DNA of 64,000 nucleotides from Chloroflexota bacterium (GCA_965220175.1 OZ244814.1:2634630-2698629); one strand, 5' to 3'. Positions 29,600 through 40,109 are shown, numbered from the stretch's first letter. Notes: generated by a model not told the origin, from the sequence alone. Numbers and translations: made by a program.

Positions 29600-30835
29600 C
29601 TACGACATCACGTACGGGAGAGCCAGTTGCACGACCACACCGAACACCGCCCCGCCCGCGATCAGCCAGATTGAGTTGATCTTAGTAAACCACAATAAAG
29701 CAATGGCAATCACCGCGGCGGCTATCGTGGGAATGTCAACGAGTGCCGCCTGTCCCAGGAAAAGCGCTACGGCCCCCATCAGACCGATGGCTGCGCTCAC
29801 AACACCATCAAGCACGGCGCCAAAGAACCGGGAGTCGCGTAGTTTCGGGATCCAGGGGTTGATGGCAGCTACGAAGAGAAATGACGGTAGAAATATGCCC
29901 ACCGTTGCCAACGCACTTGCCAACAGGGCGCCCTGGGTGGTGCCGAAGTGCTCGAATCCGGTGATGTAGCCCACAAACGAGGCGGTAGTAAAGAGCGGAC
30001 CGGGAGTGAGTTGACCCACGGCAACGGCATCGAGTAGCTGGTCTTCCGTAAGCCACCCCAATCCTTCAACAAAGTCGCCGTGCAGAAATGCCAAGAGCAC
30101 GTAGCCGCTGCCGTACAGAACGGCGCCAATCTTGAGAAAAGTAAAGAACAACTGGCCTAACCCAAACGGCGCGGCGATCGGCGCCAACAGCGCACCCGCG
30201 AGTCCAACCAACGGCTTGGCAACGGGTGAAGCCGTGCCAAGCGTAACGAGCGGCACAGCCGCGAGGTTTGTTCCGGCCGGTAATTTAGGCAGATGGCCCT
30301 TAGCGGCTACGACGACTCCCGCTAGCAGCCCGCATCCAAATAAAACCAGCAGTTCATTGACACCCAGCACAGCGATGACCGCCGCCGCCAGCCCCAACAC
30401 CGCGAGCGGAACGCTGCGCCAGGCGGTACGCAGCAAGCCAAATAGCGCGTGCACGACAATAGCGATGACAACCGGCTTGACCCCATAGAGTATCCACGCA
30501 GCCTGGGGCAGGTGCCCGAATTGCGTATAGCCCCAGGCGAGCGCGGTCACCATAAGCGCCGCAGGCAGGATGAAGGCGATGCCGCCTCCAATGAGGCCGC
30601 GCCAGCCGGCCCGCACCGTTGAGATGTGAATCGCCATCTCGGTGGAATTGGGACCGGGAATGAGGTTCGTGGCCGCCCATAGATCGACGAATTGCTGTTC
30701 GCTGAGCCATTGCTTACGCTCCACCAACTCTCGATGCATCATGGCCACGTGCGCGGCCGGGCCGCCAAACGCAACACAACCAAGGATGAAAAAGTAGGAA
30801 ATTACCTCGCGGAGAGAGGAGTTTCTATGCAGCAA
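29600..30835 (-). CDS. chrA: Chromate efflux transporter (long-chain CHR)
   Basis: Two CHR domains: 'FGGPAAH', 'PGPNS', 'YGSGY', 'GQLTPGP'. Confidence 0.92.
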   Translation of the reverse strand: MLHRNSSLREVISYFFILGCVAFGGPAAHVAMMHRELVERKQWLSEQQFVDLWAATNLIPGPNSTEMAIHISTVRAGWRGLIGGGIAFILPAALMVTALAWGYTQFGHLPQAAWILYGVKPVVIAIVVHALFGLLRTAWRSVPLAVLGLAAAVIAVLGVNELLVLFGCGLLAGVVVAAKGHLPKLPAGTNLAAVPLVTLGTASPVAKPLVGLAGALLAPIAAPFGLGQLFFTFLKIGAVLYGSGYVLLAFLHGDFVEGLGWLTEDQLLDAVAVGQLTPGPLFTTASFVGYITGFEHFGTTQGALLASALATVGIFLPSFLFVAAINPWIPKLRDSRFFGAVLDGVVSAAIGLMGAVALFLGQAALVDIPTIAAAVIAIALLWFTKINSIWLIAGGAVFGVVVQLALPYVMS

Positions 30836-31029
30836 GGTGCCGTTACCTATGCGATTCGGATAAGTCTCTTCCTGTCAAGACCCAGCCGTGGAAACAGATC
30901 GATGGTGACAAACTGCCCCCCAGCCGTCAAGCAGAGCGGCAAGGCCAAATCAACCGGTTGTGAAGGTGACAAGCGGCGTGCTCTCTAGTACTGTAGATGA
31001 GTGCGTAAGCGGATACCAGGGAGGTCCCA

Positions 31030-31962
31030 ATGGCGCGAACTGTGCGAGTGGCAGTTTGCTCTACGCCGCTCCGCGTGCCGGATGGCACTGACGGTGAGAA
31101 ACATGCGTACAACTTAGACGTAGCAGAAGAGTTGATCGTCCGTGCCGCGGAACAAGACGCGGACATAGCCTGTCTCCCCGAGGTCTTTCACGTCAAAGGC
31201 ATCGGTCGTGCCGGCAAGGCCGAGAATTGGTTCGAAGATGTACCCGGCGGCCCGACCTACATGCGCATGTCCCGGATCGCCGAGCGCCACAGCATCAGCG
31301 TCATAGCGCCAATCCTTGCGAATGAGCAAGGAATACGGCGCAACTTGGCAATGGTATTCAACCGCGCCGGTCGCTACGTTGGCGGCTACCGCAAAGTGCA
31401 CTTGACGAAAGTGGAAAGCCAAGAGTGGGGAATCGTCCCCGGCCATGATTGGCCGGTTTTCGATTTGGACTTTGGCAGGATCGGCATTACGATTTGCTTC
31501 GACGTGAACTTCCCGGAGGGCTTTCGCATTCTTGCTTTGCAGGGAGCCGAGATTATCTTTCATCCGACCGTTTACGGCATGTACGGCGAGGTAGGCTGGG
31601 AAGCGGTCATTCAGTCGCGGGCTATCGACAATTGCGTTTACGTGTGCCCCGTCAACAACGGCATCGATGACGAGGCGCCATGGATGCCAGGCATGTGCCT
31701 CAACCGGAGCAGCGTAATCGGACCTGACGGCGTTGCCCTGGCAGACCTGGGACGCTACTGGGGCATGGCAGTGGCCGAAATTGACCTGGATCGTCCCCGC
31801 ATTGTGCGCAGCATGGGGAACTCCGGTGAAGCAAACTTCCGTGAGAATATGTGGGAGCACCGCCGGCCTGAAACATACGGCCAACTATCGGAACACGGGT
31901 ACTGGGTAACGAATGGCTATCCGCATGAATCGGTAGCTGTACAGGACGCGAATAAGGAGTAG
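31030..31962 (+). CDS. Carbon-nitrogen hydrolase (nitrilase superfamily)
   Basis: Catalytic triad E (LPEVF), K (YRKVHL), C (ICFDVNFPE). Confidence 0.9.
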   Translation: MARTVRVAVCSTPLRVPDGTDGEKHAYNLDVAEELIVRAAEQDADIACLPEVFHVKGIGRAGKAENWFEDVPGGPTYMRMSRIAERHSISVIAPILANEQGIRRNLAMVFNRAGRYVGGYRKVHLTKVESQEWGIVPGHDWPVFDLDFGRIGITICFDVNFPEGFRILALQGAEIIFHPTVYGMYGEVGWEAVIQSRAIDNCVYVCPVNNGIDDEAPWMPGMCLNRSSVIGPDGVALADLGRYWGMAVAEIDLDRPRIVRSMGNSGEANFRENMWEHRRPETYGQLSEHGYWVTNGYPHESVAVQDANKE

Positions 31963-31965
31963 TCG

Positions 31966-33261
31966 GTGATGGCGCAACAAACTGTCGTACAATTCACTGA
32001 GTCCTTAGATCTCTTTGCACACGCCCAAGACGTAATTGCCGGAGGTTCTCAAACCAGTAGCAAGCGGCCCGGCGCCTATGCTTTCGGCGCCTATCCCATC
32101 TACGCCGCACGCGCGAGCGGCTCGCACATTTGGGATGTCGACGGGAACGAGTACATCGACTTTGTGAATGCCCTCGGCCCCATCGTTCTCGGCTACTGCT
32201 ACCCTGAGGTGGATGCGGCCATAGCAGAGCAGCTAGGCAAGGGGATCATCTACGGTCTGCTGTCACCGCTTGAGGTTGCAGCGGCAGATAGTCTCATCGA
32301 CGCCGTACCCGCCGCCGAAATGGTCCGCTTCCTCAAAGGCGGCGCCGAGGCGAACAACGCCGCGGCACGTATTGCCCGCGCGTACACCCGGCGCGAAATT
32401 ATCCTCAACAACGGCTATCGCGGTTGGTCCGATGGGTGGAGCGCAAACCGCAACGACGGCGGCATACCCTCGGCTCTAGAACAAAGCATTAGGCAGTTTA
32501 CGTTCAACGATCTCAATCACCTTGAAGACCTCTTCCGTTCCCACGACAATCAGGTTGCCGCCGTAACTCTGGATGTGGCATCCATGGGCAAAGAGCCGGA
32601 CCCGGGCTATCTCCAGGGGCTGAATGATCTGGCGCACAAGAATGGTGCGCTCGTCATTTATGACGAAATCGTTACCGGTTTTCGCCTGGCCATGGGCGGA
32701 GCGCAGGAGTACTTTGGCGTGACACCGGACATCGCCACCTTTGCCAAAGCCATGGCGAACGGAATGCCATTGGCAGCCGTCGTCGGTAGCAAAGAAGTGA
32801 TGAAAGCAGCGGAAGACCTCGTAATCAGCATCACGTACGGCGGTGAGGCACTGTCGCTCGCTGCCGCGGTGGCGACGATGAACGTGATGCGCGAGCACAA
32901 CGTGCAGGCACAACTGCATCAGACGGGCGACCTACTCAGAGACGGCATTAATGGCGCGGCGCAGCGTGCCGGAGTAGCGCTGGAAGCCTATGGTCTGGCT
33001 CCCATCGGAGGCGAACGCTTCCTAGACGCCGGCGACGCTGAAGAAGAGGGCCTTATGTGGCGCTTTCTCCTCGCCGGCCTGGCCCAGCGCGGAGTGCTCA
33101 TTCGACGCGGAGGCGTGAATTTCATCACGTATTCGCACACAGCAGAGGATGTCGCGCAAGCAGTAGACGCATTCGAGGACACCTTGCACGAACTACGCCG
33201 TGTCCGCGAGAGCGGTAACTTGGCTCGCGCTGCCAGCGAAACCGCTGCCATAGCTACTTAG
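31966..33261 (+). CDS. Class III PLP aminotransferase, GSA aminomutase-like
   Basis: 'DVDGNEYID', 'GPIVLG', 'DEIVTGFR', PLP-lysine 'TFAKAMANG'. Confidence 0.85.
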   Translation: MMAQQTVVQFTESLDLFAHAQDVIAGGSQTSSKRPGAYAFGAYPIYAARASGSHIWDVDGNEYIDFVNALGPIVLGYCYPEVDAAIAEQLGKGIIYGLLSPLEVAAADSLIDAVPAAEMVRFLKGGAEANNAAARIARAYTRREIILNNGYRGWSDGWSANRNDGGIPSALEQSIRQFTFNDLNHLEDLFRSHDNQVAAVTLDVASMGKEPDPGYLQGLNDLAHKNGALVIYDEIVTGFRLAMGGAQEYFGVTPDIATFAKAMANGMPLAAVVGSKEVMKAAEDLVISITYGGEALSLAAAVATMNVMREHNVQAQLHQTGDLLRDGINGAAQRAGVALEAYGLAPIGGERFLDAGDAEEEGLMWRFLLAGLAQRGVLIRRGGVNFITYSHTAEDVAQAVDAFEDTLHELRRVRESGNLARAASETAAIAT

Positions 33262-33301
33262 CAGGGTCATTCACATTCAGGGGTTCACCCTTCACACAGT
33301 T

Positions 33302-34111
33302 ATGCTCATACCGTCAGTCATTACCATCCACTTGGACCCTGTCCTGGTCCAGCTCGGACCCATAGCGTTCCGCTGGTACGGCCTCATGTACGTCTTGGGA
33401 ATCTTGGCCGGTGTTTGGACCATTCGCAGGTACGCCAACGAGCGCGGCATCAATGACGATCAGATCAACATGCTCTTCTGGCCGGCAGCCATTGCGGGGT
33501 TCATTGGCGGGCGGCTCTATTACGTTATCCAGCAACCCCTTGAGCCCTATCTGCAACAGCCTTGGCGCATAATAGCTACCTGGGAAGGGGGCATGGCGTT
33601 CTACGGCTGCATCTTTGGGGTGGTGATTGCACTCCTGGTCACGTGCTGGCGCACCAACATAGGGGTGTGGCCCGCGCTTGATGCCGCCGCCATACTTGCG
33701 CTGCCTGCGCAAGGCATTGGCCGCATTGGCAACATCGTCAATGGCGATGTGATCGGCTACCCGTCCGAGCTCCCGTGGGCTTTTCTGTATACGCATCCTG
33801 CGACGTTCGCGCCGAGCACAACAGTCGCATACCATCCGGCCGCGGTCTATGAGCTCTTGGGTAATGCCGTGATCTTTGCCATTCTCTGGCCGTTGCGACA
33901 CCGCTTTCGCACGCCGGGCATGATATTCGCCCTCTACTTGGTGGGATACTCTCTCGCGCAGATCATCATCTTCAACTGGCGGCTGAATGAGATCGTACTC
34001 TGGGAATTGAAGCAAGCGCAGGTGACCGGCATTATCGTCGCGGCGGCCGGCATTGTGCTGGCGGTATACCTGCATCAAGCCACCCGGAAATCAGATATGC
34101 AAGAGGCATAG
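33302..34111 (+). CDS. lgt: Prolipoprotein diacylglyceryl transferase
   Basis: 'FRWYGLMY', 'GGRLYYV', 'WEGGMAFYG', 'GRIGNIVNG', 'HPAAVYE'. Confidence 0.93.
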   Translation: MLIPSVITIHLDPVLVQLGPIAFRWYGLMYVLGILAGVWTIRRYANERGINDDQINMLFWPAAIAGFIGGRLYYVIQQPLEPYLQQPWRIIATWEGGMAFYGCIFGVVIALLVTCWRTNIGVWPALDAAAILALPAQGIGRIGNIVNGDVIGYPSELPWAFLYTHPATFAPSTTVAYHPAAVYELLGNAVIFAILWPLRHRFRTPGMIFALYLVGYSLAQIIIFNWRLNEIVLWELKQAQVTGIIVAAAGIVLAVYLHQATRKSDMQEA

Positions 34112-34132
34112 GGAGGAGCCTAGACCCTAGAC

Positions 34133-35677
34133 ATGACGGGAACATCGCGCGTTTTACTTATTCTCATCGTTTTCGTAGGCGGCATTTCGAGTTTGGGGAC
34201 GGAGATTGCTTTGTCCCGGCTCATCGCCCCGTTTTTCGGCACATCGCTCTTCGTTTGGGCAAACGTCATTGGATTTACGCTGCTCTACCTGACATTGGGC
34301 TACTACCTTGGCGGTCGTTTGGCCGACCGCTACCCACGAGAAGAATTACTCTACCAATTGACGGCGGTGGCGGCGGTACTGATTGGCGTGCTGCCCTTTG
34401 TTTCCCGCCCCATATTGCAGTACTCCCAAGTCGCATTCGCCACGTACTCTCTCGGCGTCTTCTGGGGCTCACTCTTGGTGGTGTTGCTCTTGCTTGCGAT
34501 TCCGATTACGTTGCTCGGCTGTGTTTCGCCCTTTGCAATACGGCTATCTTTGGAAGATGGCGACGTGCGGCAGTCAGGCAGCGTGGCCGGCCAGCTCTAC
34601 GCGATCTCCACGGTCGGCAGCTTGCTCGGCGCTTTTTTGCCGACGCTCGTGCTGGTGCCAAACATCGGCACGCGCAACACGTTCCTGACGTTTGCCTTCG
34701 CGCTGCTTATTCTTTCAATCATCGCTTTAGGTAGACGGCGGCTCTATCCGCTTGTCTTCCTGCTCGTGCTCGTGGGGCTGACAATTGTGCCCCAAGTGAC
34801 TATCAAGCCTGCGGACACAGGAGTAGTCATTGAAGAAGCAGAATCTGCCTACAACTACATTCGCGTCATCGAAGAAGCAGATGGCATGCGCCGTCTCGAA
34901 CTGAACGAAGGGCAGGCGACACACTCAATCTACCATCCTGAGCGGCTCCTCACGGGCGGGCCGTGGGACTACTACCTGGCGGCGCCGTACTTCGCTCCCG
35001 ACGTTAAGCCCGCCGATCTGCAGCATGTCTTGATGATTGGGCTTGGCGCGGGCACGGTACCTAAGCAGATGACGCAGATCTACGGTCCGATAAAGATTGT
35101 CGGTGTCGAGATCGACCCCGAAATTGTGGAGATTGGACGGCAGTTCTTCGACATGACCGAGCCCAATCTCGAGGTGGTAGCGCAGGACGGACGCTACTTT
35201 CTCATGACAGACGACCGAAAGTATGACCTGATTGGCACAGACGCGTACCAACAGCCGTATATTCCGTTTCAGATGACTACGCAGGAGTACTTCCAGCATG
35301 TGCGTGACCGGCTGACGCCCAATGGTGTGGCAGTAATCAATGTTGGACGCACGTCAACTGATTTTCGGTTGGTCCACACAATCGCCGGCACGATGAAGGC
35401 CGTCTTCCCAAACGTCTATATCATCGACATTCCAGGCACGATCAACAGCATCATCGTAGCCACCAATCAGTCAAGCTCACCACAGGACTTTCTCGACAAC
35501 ATACAGCCGCTCCTCGTCAGCCAGGACGTGGACGACCGCCTGCGGGTTGTACTCTCTGTAGCATCGGAGCACTATCGCGAACTCTCAACCGTCGAGACTC
35601 AGGTCTTTACTGACGACCTCGCCCCGGTCGAGCAGCTGATCCACACGATGATTCTGGACGTCGCTCAAGGGGAATAG
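34133..35677 (+). CDS. Membrane-anchored spermidine-synthase-like protein (fused TM / SAM-binding domain)
   Basis: About 7 N-terminal TM; 'IGLGAGT', 'VEIDP', 'DGR', 'DAY', 'LTPNGV'. Confidence 0.85.
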   Translation: MTGTSRVLLILIVFVGGISSLGTEIALSRLIAPFFGTSLFVWANVIGFTLLYLTLGYYLGGRLADRYPREELLYQLTAVAAVLIGVLPFVSRPILQYSQVAFATYSLGVFWGSLLVVLLLLAIPITLLGCVSPFAIRLSLEDGDVRQSGSVAGQLYAISTVGSLLGAFLPTLVLVPNIGTRNTFLTFAFALLILSIIALGRRRLYPLVFLLVLVGLTIVPQVTIKPADTGVVIEEAESAYNYIRVIEEADGMRRLELNEGQATHSIYHPERLLTGGPWDYYLAAPYFAPDVKPADLQHVLMIGLGAGTVPKQMTQIYGPIKIVGVEIDPEIVEIGRQFFDMTEPNLEVVAQDGRYFLMTDDRKYDLIGTDAYQQPYIPFQMTTQEYFQHVRDRLTPNGVAVINVGRTSTDFRLVHTIAGTMKAVFPNVYIIDIPGTINSIIVATNQSSSPQDFLDNIQPLLVSQDVDDRLRVVLSVASEHYRELSTVETQVFTDDLAPVEQLIHTMILDVAQGE

Positions 35678-35820
35678 GCTGCTACGACCATGCCCATTTG
35701 CCTAGCCCCATGGCTACAGAGCAGTGGGACGCCAGGCGATCCGATTGGAATCAAAGAGCGAGCCGGTCCGCATGGACCGGCTCGCTTTCTTTCGTCGCAA
35801 TCCAGTTTCCGGCTGAGTCT

Positions 35821-36159
35821 CTAAGACGCTGTCTGCAAGAGATCGGCCTCGATGGCTTTGAGCAGTTGGGCCTTGGGCCGGAATCCCACGACTCTCCCAA
35901 CTTCCTGGCCGTCGCGGAAGAAGATGAGCGTTGGAATGCCCTGAACGCCCAAACGCGTAGGAGTCTCCAAATTGTCGTCCGTATTGACTTTGGCGAACAC
36001 TACCCTACCCTCAAGCTCATTGGCGAGCTCCTTGACGATAGGATCTACCATCTTGCAAGGACCGCACCATGATGCCCAGAAGTCGACGACGACAGGGAGT
36101 GCAGATTCCGTGACGTCTTTCGTAAAGCTGTCATCTGTCACCGCAATTGGATCAGCCAT
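35821..36159 (-). CDS. trxA: Thioredoxin
   Basis: WCGPC active site, 'GIPTL'; ATG 36159 after the GAGG RBS. Confidence 0.96.
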   Translation of the reverse strand: MADPIAVTDDSFTKDVTESALPVVVDFWASWCGPCKMVDPIVKELANELEGRVVFAKVNTDDNLETPTRLGVQGIPTLIFFRDGQEVGRVVGFRPKAQLLKAIEADLLQTAS

Positions 36160-36458
36160 TGCTTCCTCTTTCTTGCCTGACGGGAGTTCCTGCCACTGCG
36201 CATTCGCTAGTTTCACTATGACAGAGATTCAAGCGGATTTCAACCCATTTTACCCAACGATGCAATACCCTCTTGGGCCATCTCCTCTGTTGTGTGGCAA
36301 GGGGTGGGTTGCGCTCCCTTCGCCTCGTTCTCACCGAGTTCCCGCGTTCGTCTTCCAGATCGAAAGCAATAGCCACCATGGACGTTGGCGACGCTAGAGC
36401 GGCGGGAAGGGTGCTGCGTCCGAGTAGCCGGGGCGCACGGCAGATAGACTGCCAATGC

Positions 36459-36487
36459 TTGCCCTCGGCTCAGGGTTTTGATAGCAT
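36459..36487 (+). promoter_or_regulatory. Probable dnaA promoter
   Basis: TTGCCC, 17 bp, extended -10 TG-A-TAGCAT. Confidence 0.45.
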
Positions 36488-36529
36488 GATTGCTTAGCGA
36501 TTGAGCCTCTCCCTTGGTTCCCCTGCTCT

Positions 36530-37918
36530 ATGTCTACTTTAGAACCGCGAACGCTCTGGCAAACTGTCCTCGGCGAACTTGAACTGGAAGTGCCGCGCGG
36601 ACAGTATTCGGCTTGGCTTCGCAATACTCATCTCATTGACGCTAACGGCGCCCCTTTTAGGGTTGGCGTGCCCAACACCTTTGCCAAAGAGGTGGTGGAG
36701 AGGAACTACCACGCTTTGGTAGAGCAAATCCTGGCACGACTCTGTCAACAGGAAGTCTCGGTTGTTTATGAGGTATCCTCATCCGCTTCCGAGCAGGCCC
36801 GGCGAAATCCCACCGCAGATGGACCGGCGACACCGGCGCCTAGCTTCCCGGATGTTGCGCAGACACAGTTGCCGCGCGATCCGAACACGCAGGGAATGGT
36901 CAACGCGAAGTTTACGTTTGATCGGTTCGTGATTGGCGCGGGAAGCCGCTTGGCCGCGGCCGCCGCGCAAGCAGTGGCAGAACGCCCGGCGGAAGCGTAC
37001 AACCCCCTGTTCATTTACGGAGGCGCGGGTCTTGGCAAGACTCACTTGCTGCACGCCATTAGCAATGAGGTGATGCTGGCCCAACCCAACCGGCATATCG
37101 TCTACGTAACGTGCGAGACATTCACGAACGAGTTCATTCGCGCCATCAAGAATAAACGTATCGATGAATTCCGCGATCGCTACCGCAGCGCAGACATTAT
37201 TCTCATTGACGATGTGCAGTTTCTCGCCGGCAAGGAACAGACGCAAGAGGAGTTCTTCCATACGTTCAATGCCTACCACGAATTCGGCAAGCAAATCGTG
37301 CTCTCCAGCGACCGGCAGCCAAATAGCATTGAGACCCTCACCGAACGACTGCGCAGCCGCTTCATATGGGGACTGATCGCGGACATTCAACCCCCGGACC
37401 TTGAGACTCGCATTGCGATCCTGAGCAAGCGGGCCGAGGAGGAAGAAGCGGTTGTCTCTGACGAAGTGCTGGAATTCTTGGCGACGCATCTCGTGAGTAA
37501 TGTGAGAGAACTCGAAGGAGCCCTGACACGACTCTTGGCGTTCGCGAAGTTGAACAACCAGCAGCCGTCCCAAGACTTGGCAACGGAAGTCCTGGATGGA
37601 TTGCTGTTCAATGTACGCAAAGACGCCTTCAGGCCCGAACAGATCCTCAACGCCGTCGCCACGCACTTTCGCGTGCAGGTGGCAGACCTCACCGGGCCAA
37701 AGCGCGATAAGTCTATTGCGCGGCCCCGCCAGATAGCGATGTACATGATGCGGGAAGAAACACAAGTCTCACTGCCGGAAGTTGGCAGAATTCTTGGTGG
37801 CCGCGACCACACCACGGTGATGTACGGCTGCGACAAGATCAGTAAGGAGCTTGAGCATAACACTGAGTTGCAGCAGGAGATCGCCAGCGTCTGGCACATT
37901 TTGCAGCCCGCTCGGTAG
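36530..37918 (+). CDS. dnaA: Chromosomal replication initiator DnaA
   Basis: Domain I, 'YNPLFIYGGAGLGKTHLL', 'IDDVQF', 'RLRSRF', 'NVRELEGAL', 'GGRDHTTV'. Confidence 0.98.
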   Translation: MSTLEPRTLWQTVLGELELEVPRGQYSAWLRNTHLIDANGAPFRVGVPNTFAKEVVERNYHALVEQILARLCQQEVSVVYEVSSSASEQARRNPTADGPATPAPSFPDVAQTQLPRDPNTQGMVNAKFTFDRFVIGAGSRLAAAAAQAVAERPAEAYNPLFIYGGAGLGKTHLLHAISNEVMLAQPNRHIVYVTCETFTNEFIRAIKNKRIDEFRDRYRSADIILIDDVQFLAGKEQTQEEFFHTFNAYHEFGKQIVLSSDRQPNSIETLTERLRSRFIWGLIADIQPPDLETRIAILSKRAEEEEAVVSDEVLEFLATHLVSNVRELEGALTRLLAFAKLNNQQPSQDLATEVLDGLLFNVRKDAFRPEQILNAVATHFRVQVADLTGPKRDKSIARPRQIAMYMMREETQVSLPEVGRILGGRDHTTVMYGCDKISKELEHNTELQQEIASVWHILQPAR

Positions 37919-38290
37919 TCGGTGCCCGCGATGGCGTCGCCGGGTGGGGCCGCCAGCACGGGACGGCCCATGGCCAAGAACAACCAGCCTCTTTGCCCCG
38001 AAACCGCGCCACAATCTGTACCCAGCGGCGCCAGCGATTCCTTTCGGTAGCACTCATCCTTCCGCCCAACGCGCCGGTCCCGCCACATGCCTTACGCCGT
38101 CCACCTGCCTCTCGCGAGCAACATGCCGCCACGAACAGGACCGCAACCGTGTAACTTGCTATCCTGAAGTCGACGCGCCTAGCTCAATCGCAACAAACAC
38201 CCTAGCATCGATCGCCTGTCGAATCGTGCAGTGGTTGAGCCTGAACCTGGTTTGGGCTGCCCAAGACAAGAGCCCGCTGCTGGAGAATCC

Positions 38291-38908
38291 ATGCCGAGTC
38301 AAAGACGTCCACTTCTCGTGCTTGCTACCGGCAATCCCAATAAGGTGGAAGAGATCCGGCACCTCTTGCGAGACGTTTCCTTGACACCGGTTACCGCTAC
38401 CGACCTCGGCTTGTCGCTGCCTTCCGACGAGCCCTATGCGACATTCGTGGAAAACGCTGAGCACAAAGCGCTACATGTCGCGGCACAGACGTCGCTGCTC
38501 GTGCTTGGAGAAGATTCCGGGCTGGAGGTTGACGCGCTCGGCGGCAGGCCGGGTGTGCTTTCGAAACGCTACAGTGGGCCCCAGGAAGACGCCCAGGCCA
38601 ACAATCGGAAGCTGTTGCGGGAACTCAAGGACGTTCCCCACCCACAGCGCACGGCCCGATTTCGGTGCGTGGCAGCGCTTGCTCTCGCCGATTCGGTGCT
38701 GTTCTCAGCGAGCGGCTTGTGTGAAGGGATGATCGCAGAAGAGCCCCGCGGCACCTGGGGATTCGGCTATGACCCGGTATTCTATCTTCCTGACGAAAAG
38801 CGAACCATGGCCGAACTTTCGTCCAGCGAGAAGAACCGCATCAGCCACCGCTCCCGCGCCCTTGAGAAAGCCATGGCATTCATACGACAATATGCAGCAG
38901 ACGCCTAG
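38291..38908 (+). CDS. rdgB: Non-canonical purine NTP pyrophosphatase (RdgB/Ham1)
   Basis: 'ATGNPNK', 'EDSGL', 'FGYDPVF', 'SHR'. Confidence 0.95.
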   Translation: MPSQRRPLLVLATGNPNKVEEIRHLLRDVSLTPVTATDLGLSLPSDEPYATFVENAEHKALHVAAQTSLLVLGEDSGLEVDALGGRPGVLSKRYSGPQEDAQANNRKLLRELKDVPHPQRTARFRCVAALALADSVLFSASGLCEGMIAEEPRGTWGFGYDPVFYLPDEKRTMAELSSSEKNRISHRSRALEKAMAFIRQYAADA

Positions 38909-38997
38909 GCGCCCGTTGGGCTCTGCCGCGTCTAAACCGGCAGTCCAGATGGACGTGCCTTTGTGTAGAGAAAACGTCTGCGAGAGGAATGCAAACG

Positions 38998-40098
38998 ATG
39001 GATGAACTAGAAATCAAACATGAACGCATTGCCCAATTCCTGGCTGATCAGAATCTCGACGCTCTCGTTCTCGGACGTCTGGCCAACTTTGCATGGGCGA
39101 CGGGAGGACGCGATGGCTTCATCATGATTGCCACTGAGCACGCCGGCGCCCACTTGATCTACACGCCCGATGAAAAGTCCCTGGTGGCCGACCGCGTCGA
39201 GATGCCGCGTTTCCAAGCGGAGGAAGGCCTCGTGCCTCCGGAATGGACCCCGGTTGCGCCTTTCTGGCATGTGGACCGCGCGCAAGTGGTCCATTGGAAT
39301 ACGGTCGCTCAGGGCAAGCGCACCGGCGCCGACTGCGACATCCAGGGAGCGCAAAAGCTAACCGGCGACATTGCGCGGATGCGTTTTCAGCTCTTACCGC
39401 AAGAGATCGAGCGATACCGCGCGCTGGGACAGGCAGCCGCACAGGTGCTTGAACTGGCCGCTCACGAAATCGCTCCCGGCATGACGGAGCACGCCATCGC
39501 CAGCCTAATTGCCGGCATAGCCATATCCCAGGGGATCCAGGCGGCGCTCACACTCGTCGCGACCGATGAACGCATCTTCCGCTATCGACACCCTATTCCT
39601 ACGGCAAAACAGCTCGATAGGTATGCCATGCTTGTGCTGTGCGCCCGCCGGCACGGACTCATCTGCTCCGTGTCGCGCCTCGTGCACTTCGGAGACATTC
39701 CGCGGGAAATCCAGGAAAAGTCAGCCGCCTGCGCGCAGGTAGACGCGGCCTTCATTCTCGGTTCGGTACCGGGCCGCCCCGCGAAGGACGTTTTTGCTGA
39801 AGCCGTGAGTGAGTACGCCAAGGCCGGCTACGAGGATGAATGGCGCTACCACCATCAGGGAGGCGCATGTGGCTATGAGTCCCGAGACTACAAAGCGTCT
39901 CCCGCAAGCGCAGAGGTGATACAGTTGAATCAGGCCTTCGCGTGGAATCCCAGCATAGCGGGTGTCAAGAGCGAGGACACGACCCTGGTAACCGAGCAAG
40001 GTATTGAGGTGCTCTCGGCGGCCTCCGCTGACTGGCCGACGATTACGGTGGAGTGGCAGGGCAAGACCATCGCGCGCCCCGCCATTCTGCAACGGTAG
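38998..40098 (+). CDS. M24 family metallopeptidase (Xaa-Pro peptidase-like)
   Basis: 'FRYRHP', 'HHQGG', 'WNPS', 'KSEDT' (alternative ATG at 38989). Confidence 0.85.
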   Translation: MDELEIKHERIAQFLADQNLDALVLGRLANFAWATGGRDGFIMIATEHAGAHLIYTPDEKSLVADRVEMPRFQAEEGLVPPEWTPVAPFWHVDRAQVVHWNTVAQGKRTGADCDIQGAQKLTGDIARMRFQLLPQEIERYRALGQAAAQVLELAAHEIAPGMTEHAIASLIAGIAISQGIQAALTLVATDERIFRYRHPIPTAKQLDRYAMLVLCARRHGLICSVSRLVHFGDIPREIQEKSAACAQVDAAFILGSVPGRPAKDVFAEAVSEYAKAGYEDEWRYHHQGGACGYESRDYKASPASAEVIQLNQAFAWNPSIAGVKSEDTTLVTEQGIEVLSAASADWPTITVEWQGKTIARPAILQR

Positions 40099-40109
40099 AG
40101 CGCGACAGC

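Noticed and set aside
31966-33261. Calling the aminotransferase hemL
   Set aside because: Its motifs diverge from HemL and the context is not heme synthesis; left without a symbol.
36779-37765. 328-aa antisense ORF over dnaA, and similar long shadow ORFs (e.g. 60162..61181, 49045..50103, 31114..31884, 33314..34078, 58804..59577)
   Set aside because: They lie opposite well-supported genes, carry no recognisable motifs, and are expected in GC-rich coding DNA.
37919-38290. Small minus-strand ORFs between dnaA and rdgB
   Set aside because: Three competing frames, none with an RBS or recognisable domain.
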